Assembly (NCBI GenBank): GCA_965371515.1
Contig: CBDUYR010000022.1
Location: 1-44,726 of the forward strand
Direction of reading: 5' to 3'
DNA length: 44,726 nt
From: an uncultured bacterium
GTDB lineage: Bacteria; Krumholzibacteriota; Krumholzibacteriia; Krumholzibacteriales; Krumholzibacteriaceae
Numbering within the stretch: position 1 is the stretch's first letter; every line of letters begins with the position of its first letter. Of the stretch, positions 8,300 through 18,181 are shown piece by piece. A program made the position numbers and the translations under genes. The notes under the pieces were generated by a model, which worked only from the letters and a program-made list of their open reading frames with translations, did no database searches and was not told the DNA's origin.

Positions 8300-11200
8300 A
8301 TGCTGAGATCCGGTGTAGAAAATATTTTCCTCGGCGATGCCGGAGCCGTGACGTATCTCTTCGTCCTGGTCCTTCTCTCGCTCTCGTGCATCTGCAGGGC
8401 TGTTTCGGCCCGCAGGGAAGGCGGCAGGAAGGAACTCGGCACTCTGGCGTCGGGACTGTTCCTGTTCGTTGCCGCGCGCGTTCTCTACATCTGCGCGCTG
8501 AGGGGTGACAGCGAGGCCCTCTCTCTATTCGCGACACTTCCCGGCCTGACGGGGCTCTATCTGATGATAACGTCGGTCGTGTCCGGTCGGAGGAGAGGTG
8601 ACCATACACCTCTGAGAAAAACCGTCCTTGGAGGGGGATTGATCGCAGGCGCCGCCCTGGGCGGCGTGGCCCTCGTCCTCCTGCCCGATTCCGTCGCAGG
8701 CCCCGCTGCCGTCGCGACGGGACATATTTTCGCCGCCGCTGTGCCGGCGGGGCTGATCGCCGGGATGCTTATAGAGAAGGGGCGGATGTCGGCCCGAGAC
8801 AGGACCGCTGTTCGTGCCGTAAAAGGGTTTTCCCTCGGCGCGGTCGCGGCCGTTCTCCTCGCGGCGGGTACCGTGATCTCGGCCCTCGCATGTACCGTTC
8901 TCCCCGGAGCCGGGCCGTTCGCGATTCAGCTCGGCGCGCTCCTCGACGTGACCGGGATATTCCTCTTCCTCGCCTGGTTGACGTTCGAGCCTTCCGGACG
9001 ACGGGCGGCCGGCGCTGTCGAAGAGACGATTACGGACGACTGTCCTTCGGCTGGTGCCCCGGCCCCGGTGACTCCTGGCGGGCGCATGATGGAGATCAGC
9101 CGGACGATTGTCTCGGGCGGCCGTGAGACAGACGTATACAGGGAGATAGCCGCGGCGATCTCGGACGAGACCGGTGCGGAGTTTGTCGTCGTGCGCGCTT
9201 CGGGCGAGGACGACGAGAGACTCGAGGTAAAGGGATACTTTGCCGCAGAGAACGATTCGCGTTCTCCCGCCTTCTCACTGAGCCTGACACGGGAGAAGTT
9301 GAAGAAATACTGTATCAACAGAGGGTCGGTCTCCGGCGTGTTTGTCCTCGACGAGAAAACGCTCGGCGAGGATCGGGAAGCGTTCGTGCCCTCCGCACTC
9401 TCTGACGAAAAGGGATCGGTCGCCGTGATGCCGGTCCGCGAGACGAGAGACGAGAAGGCCGTAGTTATTGCGGGCTTCTTCCGTGACGGAGTGCCCGAAG
9501 TCGTGCCAGAGGTCCTGAATGCTTACGGGACCAACATCGCGCAGATCGTCGGGCGGGAGAGCTGGTCCGGCAGGACGAAGAAAAGGGAGAAAGAGCTGGC
9601 GCTCTGCAAGGAGGAGCTCGAGAGCGTCAACGAGATGAAGAGCAATTTCCTGTCGATCGTCTCCCATGAGCTGAGGACGCCGCTGACATCGATAAAGGCA
9701 TACACGGAAACGCTGATGGACAACGTCGGGTCGATCGAGACCGAAACAGTCTGCGATTTCCTCAAGGTGATGGGCGAAGAGAACGACCGTGTCATAACCA
9801 TGGTCGATAATATACTGAACTACTCCTGCATGGAGAGCGGGCACCTTAAGGTCGAGAAGGCCGAGTGCGATCTCGGCGAGCTGATCGAGGAGGTGCATGC
9901 GGGGCTCGAGAACCGGATGTTGACCGAACGGGTCAACAGCGAGGTCAAGCTGCCGCGAAACAATGTTGTCCTCGACGCCGACAGGGAACTGATCCGTCAG
10001 ATGCTCCACAACCTGATTAGCAACGCGATCGAGTTCACGCCTCAGGGCGGACTGGTGACCGTCACCCTGGAAGAGGAGGCCTCCGCCGCGAGGATCGTCG
10101 TTCAGGATACCGGCGAGGGCATTCCCGAGGATCAGCTCGAGAAGATCTTCGAGAGGTTCCACCAGGTCGACGCGAGCGACACGCGAGAGCACGGGGGCTC
10201 GGGTCTCGGGCTCGCCATATGCAAGAACATCGTTGAATGGCACGACGGCAATATCTGGGTGGAGAACATCAAGGAGGCAGGGGCGAGATTCACGGTCATG
10301 CTTCCGATGAAGGACATTATCGTGCGACATGCCGTCTCATCGGGATTCATCGGGTCGGTGCGGTTCGAGAGGGAGCGATATCTTTCGCTGCTCGTCGAGA
10401 TGCTGTCGGGATTCCTGCAGGCGAGGAAGGCTTCGATCATGCTCCTCGACCCGCACAACGGCACGCTCCAGGTCGTCGCGGCCAAGGGGCTCGACCCGGA
10501 ATTCGTACAGAACGCCCGCGTCGAGGTGGGAGAGCGCATCGCCGGAAAGGTTTTTGCCGAAGAGGAGGCGCTGCACGTCTTCGACATCGAGAGGGACTCG
10601 AAGGTGTCGAGGAGCAACAACACGGCGTACTACTGGACCAAATCATTCATATCCGTCCCGCTGCGCGACGGCGACAACGTCATCGGCGTGCTCAATGTCG
10701 CCGATCACGTCGACAGCAGGGAATTCACCGAAGCAGACAAAGAGATCCTCGAATCGCTCGGACCGGTCATCTCGGGAATGGTCAAGAAGCTTAATGCTTA
10801 CGAGGCCGTTTCCTCGAATTTCGAGAAACTCAAGGATGCGATGAAGAGCATCCTCCACATAAGGGAAGTCTGGGGCGCGAGAAACATGCTGAACTTCACC
10901 ATGATCGCCATGTCCGTTGCGCGCAGGCTGAACCTCGACGAGAAGTCGTTGACCGCGCTGAGGATGGGGATGAGCATATACGACCTGGGCATGATGAAGA
11001 TCCCGAGATCGCTCAGGGTGAAGAGGGAGCGCCTCAGCGAGAAGGAATGGGAGAAACTCAAGGAGCATCCCGACCTCGGATACTTGCTCGTCTCTCCGAT
11101 GGGGCTCGACGAGAGGATAATGAGAATGATCCGCAGCCACCACGAGAACTACGACGGCAGCGGTTATCCGGCGGGGCTCGTAAAAGACGAGATACCGATA

Positions 11201-11479
11201 GAATCGAGGATCATCAACGTGGTCGATTCCTTCAGGGCGCTGATAATGCCCGGGCCGTACCGCCGGTGCTTCTCGATGGACGAGGCGAAGAACGAGATAA
11301 TCCAGGGTGCCGGGACGAGGTTCGACCCGAAGGTGGTCGGGGCGTTCGTGAAATCGCTTCACGCCCTGGGCGCCAGAGACGACAGATGCGAGCTCGTGCT
11401 CGACGCGGTCGAGAAGGAGCTCGAAGAAAAAGAGATAGAACAAGAAGAGACAGTAGCAGCAGGCAAGGAGGACAGTTGA
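8300..11479 (+). CDS. Paralogous membrane hybrid sensor kinase: multi-TM, GAF-like, HisKA, HATPase, GAF, degenerate HD-GYP
   Basis: Hydrophobic N-terminal ~225 aa; SHELRTPLTSI; NLISNAIEF; DTGEGI; GGSGLGLAI; GAF (RIAGKV, SFISVPL); YDLG in place of HDxG; HHENYDGSGYP. Confidence 0.88.
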   Translation: MLRSGVENIFLGDAGAVTYLFVLVLLSLSCICRAVSARREGGRKELGTLASGLFLFVAARVLYICALRGDSEALSLFATLPGLTGLYLMITSVVSGRRRGDHTPLRKTVLGGGLIAGAALGGVALVLLPDSVAGPAAVATGHIFAAAVPAGLIAGMLIEKGRMSARDRTAVRAVKGFSLGAVAAVLLAAGTVISALACTVLPGAGPFAIQLGALLDVTGIFLFLAWLTFEPSGRRAAGAVEETITDDCPSAGAPAPVTPGGRMMEISRTIVSGGRETDVYREIAAAISDETGAEFVVVRASGEDDERLEVKGYFAAENDSRSPAFSLSLTREKLKKYCINRGSVSGVFVLDEKTLGEDREAFVPSALSDEKGSVAVMPVRETRDEKAVVIAGFFRDGVPEVVPEVLNAYGTNIAQIVGRESWSGRTKKREKELALCKEELESVNEMKSNFLSIVSHELRTPLTSIKAYTETLMDNVGSIETETVCDFLKVMGEENDRVITMVDNILNYSCMESGHLKVEKAECDLGELIEEVHAGLENRMLTERVNSEVKLPRNNVVLDADRELIRQMLHNLISNAIEFTPQGGLVTVTLEEEASAARIVVQDTGEGIPEDQLEKIFERFHQVDASDTREHGGSGLGLAICKNIVEWHDGNIWVENIKEAGARFTVMLPMKDIIVRHAVSSGFIGSVRFERERYLSLLVEMLSGFLQARKASIMLLDPHNGTLQVVAAKGLDPEFVQNARVEVGERIAGKVFAEEEALHVFDIERDSKVSRSNNTAYYWTKSFISVPLRDGDNVIGVLNVADHVDSREFTEADKEILESLGPVISGMVKKLNAYEAVSSNFEKLKDAMKSILHIREVWGARNMLNFTMIAMSVARRLNLDEKSLTALRMGMSIYDLGMMKIPRSLRVKRERLSEKEWEKLKEHPDLGYLLVSPMGLDERIMRMIRSHHENYDGSGYPAGLVKDEIPIESRIINVVDSFRALIMPGPYRRCFSMDEAKNEIIQGAGTRFDPKVVGAFVKSLHALGARDDRCELVLDAVEKELEEKEIEQEETVAAGKEDS

Positions 11480-11856
11480 TGGCGAAGGGAAAGATCCTCG
11501 TCGTGGACGACGAGGTAAACATCACGCAGATACTCGAGTTCAGCATCGGGGCGGAGGGGTACGAGGTCATCACCGCGGCAAACGGCGAAGAGGCTATAGA
11601 CAAAGCTCGCCGCGAGCAGCCGGACCTGATCATCCTCGACATCATGATGCCGAAGATCGACGGGTACGAAGCCTGCAGGATACTCAAGGCCAACCCCCTG
11701 ACCAAGAACATACCTGTTGTCCTGCTGACCGCCAAGGGCAGGGACATCGACAAGAGACTTGGCTATGAAGTCGGCGCCACCGATTACATCGTCAAACCTT
11801 TCAGCCCGAACAAGCTAGTGGACAGGATCCACCAGCTGCTCGTCGGTTCGAGATAG
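11479..11856 (+). CDS. Single-domain response regulator (CheY/DivK-like REC)
   Basis: ATG 11479 overlaps the upstream TGA, SD AGGAGG; MAKGKILVVDDE...LDIMMP...LTAK...KPF; ORF-track start 11047 is an out-of-context extension. Confidence 0.92.
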   Translation: MAKGKILVVDDEVNITQILEFSIGAEGYEVITAANGEEAIDKARREQPDLIILDIMMPKIDGYEACRILKANPLTKNIPVVLLTAKGRDIDKRLGYEVGATDYIVKPFSPNKLVDRIHQLLVGSR

Positions 11857-11930
11857 CATTAAAGATAGCCATCCGAGATGGCTATTCCCGGTTGCCGGAG
11901 CGGCCGCCACGTCATATAATCCGCACCGTC

Positions 11931-13934
11931 ATGACGCCGCGCCGCGAAATACACGGTTATGCCGAGGTCGCGCTTCCCGTCCCCGTGGACGGGACTTTCA
12001 CCTATATAGTCCCTGAAGAGATGCGCGAATCGATCGCGCCGGGGTGCCGCGTAACGGTGCCCTTCGGACGCAGGCGGATGACGGGTTACGTCATTTCGAC
12101 TCACTCCGAGCCGCCCGGGGGAGTGAAGCTGAGGAAGATCGCCGCGCTGATCGACGAGGAGCCGATGATAACGCCGGCCCTCCTCGATCTCGCCCGCTGG
12201 CTGAGAGAGAAATACGTGCACTCCCTAGGCGAGGTCCTCAGGGCGATACTCCCCGCATCGCTTAAAGGAAAGGGAAGGAAGACGGCGCCGGCCTCGAGCG
12301 ATTCGATGTTCCCCGAGGATGAGCACCGCCCGAAGCTGACCGCCGGGCAGGAAAAAGCGTTCACCTGCATCTCGGGTTCGATCGCAAGAGGAGAGTACGC
12401 GCGCTGTCTCATCTACGGCGTCACCGGCAGCGGAAAGACCGAGGTCTACCTCAGGTGCATCGAGGAAGCCCTGGCCGCCGGCGGTGGAGCGATAGTGCTG
12501 ATCCCCGAGATATCTCTCGTTCCACAGACGACTGCCCGGTTCCGCAGGAGGTTCGGGGAAAGGGTGGCCGTCATACACAGCAGGCTGACCGGGCCCCAGA
12601 GGGCCTCGATATGGAGAGACGCCGCGGCGGGCAGGGCCGACGTGATTATCGGAGCGCGCTCCGCGGTGTTCGTCCCGGTCAGGGACCTCAGGATCATCGT
12701 CGTCGATGAAGAGCAGGACTCATCTTTCAAGCAGCAGGAGAAGCCCCACTACAACGCGGTCGACGTTGCGGAGTTCAGGGCGCGGGCGGAGAATGCCGTC
12801 ATGGTTACAGGCTCGGCAACGCCGTCTCTCGAATCGTGGCATTCCTCGGTGGACGGGCCGGTCACGAGGTTCGTTCTCCCCGATCGTCCCGGCGCGGGAA
12901 AGCTTCCCCCCGTCGAGATCATAGATATGAGGAAGAAGCGCCAGGGGATCTCGGAGAGCCTTCTCGACGCCCTCGACACCTGCGTCTCGGCGGGGAGGCA
13001 GGCGATAGTCCTGATAAATCGCAGGGGGTTCGCAAATTATCTCCAGTGTCCGAAATGCGGGTGGATCGGGAGTTGTCCGAACTGCTCGATATCCCTCACG
13101 TGGCACAGCAGGGGCGGCAGGCTGGCCTGCCACTACTGCGGGTACAGCGGGGGGACCCCGGAGAAGTGCCCCGAATGCGGGACGTACGGGTTCGTCCGTC
13201 TGGGCGGGGGGACGCAGAAGGTCGAATCGGACCTGGTCAACCTCCTCCCCGGTGTGAGGATCCTCAGGATGGACTTCGACACTACGACGGGCAAAAGCGG
13301 GCATTCGGACATACTCGAGAAATTTGCCGCAAGAGGGGCGGACATCCTCCTCGGGACACAGATGGTCGCCAAAGGGCATCACTACCCGAATGTCACCGTC
13401 GTCGGCGTTCTCTCGGCCGACGCCGGCCTGAACTTCCCCGATTTCCGTGCGGCGGAGAGGACCTTTCAGCTCCTTTCCCAGGCGGCGGGAAGGACGGGGA
13501 GGGGAGAAGAGGGGGGAAATGTCTACATACAGACATATACGCCGGAGCATTACATATTCGACTTTATCGTCAGGCACGATTTTCCCGGCTTCGCGGAGGC
13601 GGAGATAGCGTCGAGAGAGCAGTTCGGGTATCCGCCGGCCGGCCGCCTGATACTGATGACCGTCTCGGCTAGGACACTGGAGAAAGCGATGGAGGGAGGA
13701 GAGGTCGTAGCGGCCGCAGCGGAGGCGTCGGGGGCCGTACCCGATATGAGCATCCTCGGTCCCGTACCGGCGATGATAGAGAGGTTGAGGGGAATGTTCA
13801 GGGTCCAACTCCTCGTCCGTGCCGATATCGGACCGGAAAAGAAGCGGGTACTGGTCGACGCGGCCCGTGAGGCTGTTTCCGGCATGCGCGGCACCTCCCT
13901 GCAGTGGGACGTAGACCCGCTCGATATCTTCTGA
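11931..13934 (+). CDS. priA: Primosomal protein N' (replication restart helicase); start uncertain (11892 or 11931)
   Basis: GCRVTVPFG, GVTGSGKTEVY, VDEEQD, SATPSLE, four CxxC pairs, GTQMVAKG, QAAGRTGR, DVDP. Confidence 0.95.
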   Translation: MTPRREIHGYAEVALPVPVDGTFTYIVPEEMRESIAPGCRVTVPFGRRRMTGYVISTHSEPPGGVKLRKIAALIDEEPMITPALLDLARWLREKYVHSLGEVLRAILPASLKGKGRKTAPASSDSMFPEDEHRPKLTAGQEKAFTCISGSIARGEYARCLIYGVTGSGKTEVYLRCIEEALAAGGGAIVLIPEISLVPQTTARFRRRFGERVAVIHSRLTGPQRASIWRDAAAGRADVIIGARSAVFVPVRDLRIIVVDEEQDSSFKQQEKPHYNAVDVAEFRARAENAVMVTGSATPSLESWHSSVDGPVTRFVLPDRPGAGKLPPVEIIDMRKKRQGISESLLDALDTCVSAGRQAIVLINRRGFANYLQCPKCGWIGSCPNCSISLTWHSRGGRLACHYCGYSGGTPEKCPECGTYGFVRLGGGTQKVESDLVNLLPGVRILRMDFDTTTGKSGHSDILEKFAARGADILLGTQMVAKGHHYPNVTVVGVLSADAGLNFPDFRAAERTFQLLSQAAGRTGRGEEGGNVYIQTYTPEHYIFDFIVRHDFPGFAEAEIASREQFGYPPAGRLILMTVSARTLEKAMEGGEVVAAAAEASGAVPDMSILGPVPAMIERLRGMFRVQLLVRADIGPEKKRVLVDAAREAVSGMRGTSLQWDVDPLDIF

Positions 13935-13954
13935 TGCCGCAGGGGGCTTTCCGC

Positions 13955-13983
13955 TTGACAGGGCGCTGGCCGGTTGCTAATTT
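13955..13983 (+). promoter_or_regulatory. sigma-70-type promoter for the TPR lipoprotein gene
   Basis: TTGACA, 17 bp spacer, TGc-TAATTT (extended -10). Confidence 0.55.
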
Positions 13984-14131
13984 TCCAGTGCAAAGAGAAG
14001 TTACCACGATACTTCCATTTCCAGCCCAGACTTATCGATAACGCGGATAAGAGCCCTCGCCGATGGTTTGTATCGTGACAAGGAGAGATCGAAAGACAGG
14101 ACCCAGGGTTTCGAAGGAGGTTGGTTCACCT

Positions 14132-15184
14132 ATGAACAGGAAGCATGTAATACTTGTGCTCCTCATCGCCGCTCTAGCGACCGTTTTTGCGTGCAAGAGC
14201 GTCGAAACGACGAGCGCGATGCTTCATAACCAGACCGGCAACTACGAGGAGGCCATAGAGCAGGCCAAGCTCGGTCTCGCGAAGAAGCCGAATGACGCGG
14301 AGGCGCATTTTCAGCTCGGCATCTCCTACTCCTACACAGAGGAGATGGCGCTCGCGTACGAGAATTTCACGAGAGCCGCTGAGATCGATCCCAAAAAGAA
14401 GGAACTCACCGAGGACAATATCAAGTCGAACTGGGCGCGCCATTTCAACGCCGGCATCGCCGAATTCCAGGGCGATAACATCGAGGGTGCCGCTGTCGAG
14501 TTCGAGGAAGCCGTCATGGCCGATCCGAGACAGGTCAATGGATGGCTCAACCTCGCCAAGTCATACAACCGTCTCGCCGAAGAGGATTCGACCTATTGGG
14601 AAAAGTCGTTCGTGGTCGCCGACACCCTGATGTCGCTGATCACCGAAGAGGACAAAGATTACGGCAAGGTCCTCGAACTCTCCGGCCGTGTCCTGATCGT
14701 CAAGGGCGAGAAGGAAAGGGCCTTCGAGATCTTCGAGAGGCTGATGAGGGACGATCCGGTCAACGCCGAGATCGTCGAGGATGTCGGCAACGACTATCTC
14801 GTCAAGGAGAACTGGGAAGACGCGGTGAAGTTCTTTGAGATGGCAGCCGCCGGACGCCGGCAGACCGAGACGGAAAGCTTTGACCTTTATTACAACATGG
14901 GAGTCTGCCACCTGAGACTCGACCAGTTCCTGCTCTCCGCCGACGCTTTCCAGAATTCGCTGGTAATAGATCCGGAGAACAAGGCGGCGCATTACAGCCT
15001 TCTTCTCGCGTACTATTCAGGTGAGTTCTGGGACGAGTCGATCATGCAGGGCCAGACTTACACGGAGATGTTCCCCGATGACGAGAAGGGCTGGCAGATA
15101 CTGAGTCTCTCGTTCAGCAAGAAGGGCATGAAGATCAAGGCCGAGGAAGCGGCCAGGAAATATCAGGAATTGATAGGAGGCTGA
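14132..15184 (+). CDS. Tetratricopeptide-repeat lipoprotein
   Basis: SD AAGGAGG before ATG 14132; signal MNRKHVILVLLIAALATVFA-C (lipobox-like); TPR motifs AEAHFQLG, GWLNLA, YYNMG, IDPEN. Confidence 0.8.
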   Translation: MNRKHVILVLLIAALATVFACKSVETTSAMLHNQTGNYEEAIEQAKLGLAKKPNDAEAHFQLGISYSYTEEMALAYENFTRAAEIDPKKKELTEDNIKSNWARHFNAGIAEFQGDNIEGAAVEFEEAVMADPRQVNGWLNLAKSYNRLAEEDSTYWEKSFVVADTLMSLITEEDKDYGKVLELSGRVLIVKGEKERAFEIFERLMRDDPVNAEIVEDVGNDYLVKENWEDAVKFFEMAAAGRRQTETESFDLYYNMGVCHLRLDQFLLSADAFQNSLVIDPENKAAHYSLLLAYYSGEFWDESIMQGQTYTEMFPDDEKGWQILSLSFSKKGMKIKAEEAARKYQELIGG

Positions 15185-15195
15185 GAGAACTATCG

Positions 15196-15222
15196 CGGGG
15201 GCGCGCCGGCTGCGCGCCCCCG
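15196..15222 (+). terminator. GC-rich hairpin after the TPR gene, possible terminator
   Basis: CGGGGGCGCGC-cggct-GCGCGCCCCCG, 11-bp perfect stem; only a weak U tail. Confidence 0.45.
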
Positions 15223-15251
15223 ATTCGCTTCCGCACAAATCCCCATTTGTC

Positions 15252-15280
15252 TTGACATGAGGAGGAATCTCGAATATTAT
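15252..15280 (+). promoter_or_regulatory. sigma-70 promoter of rho
   Basis: TTGACA, 17 bp spacer, TATTAT. Confidence 0.75.
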
Positions 15281-15558
15281 TGAATAAGTGGGGCGCGTGT
15301 TTCTTCGTTGCCCCTTGTTCTCCCGAAAAGATGGAGGTTTTCCCCGGCAACTGGCCCTCGCGTAAACCCTAGTGATTTATACCGCATATCATATTCGAGC
15401 ATAACGGAATCAACTGAAATCGATGGAGACCCGGATCAGCGCGGTTGATATCGACGGTTTCGATAAATCCCGATTTTCAGGAAAGAAAGGAAAAGTGAGT
15501 GAAGCCGCGGGGCGGCGCCCGGCGGCGGTGAGGGGTCACAGCAAAGAGGTTATATTTT

Positions 15559-16806
15559 ATGGAAACAGCAGAGCTGAAAGGCAAGAAGATCGACGAGTTG
15601 ATGGGAATAGCCGTCGACATGAAGATCAGCGAGGTGAGCAGCCTCAGGAAGCAGGAGCTGATATTCAGGATCCTCGAGGAGCAGGCCAAGCAGAACGGGT
15701 ATATATTCAATGAAGGCGTTCTTCAGGTGCTGCCGGAAGGTTACGGATTCCTGAGGTCGCCCGATTACAACTATCTTCCCGGGCCGGACGATATTTACGT
15801 ATCCCCGTCTCAGATCAAGAAGTTTTCCCTCCGCACGGGAGACACCGTCTCGGGGCAGGTGCGCTCGCCGAAGGATTCGGAGAGATATTTCGCCCTGCTC
15901 AAGGTCGAGGCGGTAAACGGGGAGGATCCGGAGGAAGCGAAGAAAAAGACGCTCTTCGACAACCTCACGCCTCTCTATCCCCTCGATATGATCGATCTCG
16001 AGCACGATCCGGAAGACATGTCGACGAGGCTGATGAACCTGCTCACGCCTATCGGCAAGGGACAGAGGGCCCTGATCGTCGCCCCCCCGAGGACGGGAAA
16101 GACGGTCATCCTGCAGAAGATAGCCAATTCGATAACGGCCAATCACCCCGATATAGTGTTGATCGTCCTGCTGATAGACGAGCGCCCGGAAGAGGTCACC
16201 GATATGAGCCGTTCGGTGCACGGCGAAGTCATCAGCTCGACCTTCGACGAGCCGGCGGACAGACACGTTCACGTCTCCGACATGGTCATACAGAAGGCGA
16301 AGCGCCTCGTTGAGCATGGCAAGGACGTCGTTATCCTGCTCGACTCTATCACGAGGCTTGCCAGGGCGCATAACGCTGTCGTTCCGCATTCGGGCAAGAT
16401 CCTCTCGGGAGGCGTCGACTCGAACGCGCTCCAGAGGCCGAAGCGTTTCTTCGGAGCGGCCCGTAACACCGAGGAACAGGGAAGCCTGACGATCATCGCC
16501 ACGGCGCTTATCGAGACAGGAAGCCGGATGGACGAGGTGATCTTCGAGGAGTTCAAAGGAACGGGCAACCTCGAGATAGTCCTCGACCGCAGGCTGGCCG
16601 ACAAGAGAGTATGGCCGGCGATCGACATCTTCCGCTCCGGAACGAGGAAGGAAGAACTGCTCCTCGACGAGAAGACGCTGAGCAAGGTCTACATCCTCCG
16701 CAAGTTCCTCAGCGACAAGTCGTGCGTCGAAGCGATGGAGTTTCTGATCGAGAAGATGACGAGAACGAAGTCGAACGCGAAGTTCCTCTCCTCGATGAAT
16801 GTGTAG
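15559..16806 (+). CDS. rho: Transcription termination factor Rho
   Basis: [56 protein letters not shown]. Confidence 0.98.
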   Translation: METAELKGKKIDELMGIAVDMKISEVSSLRKQELIFRILEEQAKQNGYIFNEGVLQVLPEGYGFLRSPDYNYLPGPDDIYVSPSQIKKFSLRTGDTVSGQVRSPKDSERYFALLKVEAVNGEDPEEAKKKTLFDNLTPLYPLDMIDLEHDPEDMSTRLMNLLTPIGKGQRALIVAPPRTGKTVILQKIANSITANHPDIVLIVLLIDERPEEVTDMSRSVHGEVISSTFDEPADRHVHVSDMVIQKAKRLVEHGKDVVILLDSITRLARAHNAVVPHSGKILSGGVDSNALQRPKRFFGAARNTEEQGSLTIIATALIETGSRMDEVIFEEFKGTGNLEIVLDRRLADKRVWPAIDIFRSGTRKEELLLDEKTLSKVYILRKFLSDKSCVEAMEFLIEKMTRTKSNAKFLSSMNV

Positions 16807-16918
16807 CGGCGGCCTGAAAATATGTTTGAATTTGCCGGGACGTGTTATTAAATTGTATATTCCCCGGCAGATGCCGGATAGGTAGAAGTGAAACAGGGAT
16901 AATACCGGAGATAAACAG

Positions 16919-17149
16919 ATGAAGAAGGATATCCACCCCGAGTACAAGACGACCACGATAACCTGCCTGTGCGGCAACGTGATAGAGACACGTTCCACGC
17001 AGGAAGATATCCACGTCGAGATCTGCTCTCTGTGCCACCCGTTTTTCACCGGAAAGCAGAAACTTATCGATACGGCAGGACGTATCGAGAGATTCCAGCG
17101 CAAGTACGGCGATTATCGGAAGAAAGCCGCAGAGCAGGACACGAAGTAG
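16919..17149 (+). CDS. rpmE: 50S ribosomal protein L31 (Zn-binding C+ form)
   Basis: [31 protein letters not shown]. Confidence 0.97.
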   Translation: MKKDIHPEYKTTTITCLCGNVIETRSTQEDIHVEICSLCHPFFTGKQKLIDTAGRIERFQRKYGDYRKKAAEQDTK

Positions 17150-17188
17150 CTTACACCCCCAGGGTCTTCGATCAGGACAGAGGGAAAG

Positions 17189-18106
17189 ATGCCCGACTGT
17201 GGTGCCGAAAAACGTCTCCAGGTCGGCGGCCAGGCCGTAATCGAGGGCGTGATGATGCGCTCGCCGGCTGGTATAGCCACGGCCGTCCGCACGCTGAGCG
17301 GCAGGATCGTGGTGAAGACCGAGCCTTTTGTCAGCCTCACGAGGAGAAAGAAGTTCTTCGGCCTCCCCGTCATACGCGGGGCCGTCGCGCTTATCGAGAC
17401 ATTCGTCGTGGCACTCAAGGCGATCACCTTCTCGGCGGACGAATCGATCAAGGAGGATGACGACGACGGGAAGAAGAGCGGCGGTGTATCGTGGCAGATG
17501 ACGCTGGCCATGATCGGTGCGGTGGCGCTCGGTATGACGATATTCTTCTACCTCCCCCTTCTGCTGACCGAGCTTCTCGGGATAGAGAACGGCATCCTCT
17601 TCAACCTCGTCGATGGCCTGTTCAGGCTCACCTTCATATTCCTCTACATCTGGACGATCACGAGATGGAAGGACATGCAGAGGATCTTCGAGTATCACGG
17701 GGCCGAGCACAAAGCGATCTTCACATACGAGGAAGGGGTAGAGGTTACGCCAGAGAGCGCGATGAAACATCCGAGGCTTCACCCCAGGTGCAGCACCTCC
17801 TTCCTGCTCATCGTCGTGCTTGTCAGCGTCATCGTGTTCACATTCACCGGCAGGCCGGAAAGCATTGGCGAGAGGTTCTTCCGTCTCGCCATGATCCCCC
17901 TGATCGGCGGGCTGTCTTACGAGGTGCTCAAGGCATCTTCGAAGCCGGCCGCCCGGAAGTATTTCGGATTCGTCTACTGGCCCGGGCTCATGATGCAGAA
18001 GCTCACAACGAGGGAGCCCTCCGTCGACCAGCTCGAAGTGGCCATAGCCGCCCTGAACGCCAGCCTGGCAGACAATTTACTGGAATCCAGACAGTTTATA
18101 GATTAG
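17189..18106 (+). CDS. DUF1385 family membrane protein
   Basis: VGGQAVIEGVMMR, FEYHGAEHK, HPRCSTSF, TTREP; usual position between rpmE and prfA. Confidence 0.9.
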   Translation: MPDCGAEKRLQVGGQAVIEGVMMRSPAGIATAVRTLSGRIVVKTEPFVSLTRRKKFFGLPVIRGAVALIETFVVALKAITFSADESIKEDDDDGKKSGGVSWQMTLAMIGAVALGMTIFFYLPLLLTELLGIENGILFNLVDGLFRLTFIFLYIWTITRWKDMQRIFEYHGAEHKAIFTYEEGVEVTPESAMKHPRLHPRCSTSFLLIVVLVSVIVFTFTGRPESIGERFFRLAMIPLIGGLSYEVLKASSKPAARKYFGFVYWPGLMMQKLTTREPSVDQLEVAIAALNASLADNLLESRQFID

Positions 18107-18181
18107 TGTTTTTTGCGGGATCCGCGGCCCGGAACGGATATTTTTCCGTCTCCGGCGCGGACTTTCCGCCGGAGGACCGGA

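Noticed and set aside
11047..11478. N-terminal extensions in the ORF track for the REC gene (also yicC 26533, udg 29648, prfA 18113)
   Set aside because: They overlap upstream genes or lack SDs; better starts with SD or stop-start coupling exist downstream
15550..17103. Long antisense ORFs (517 aa here; also 4306-5757, 20684-22234, 34444-36306, 38116-39570)
   Set aside because: They shadow well-conserved genes, show no motifs, and are expected from GC-rich codon bias
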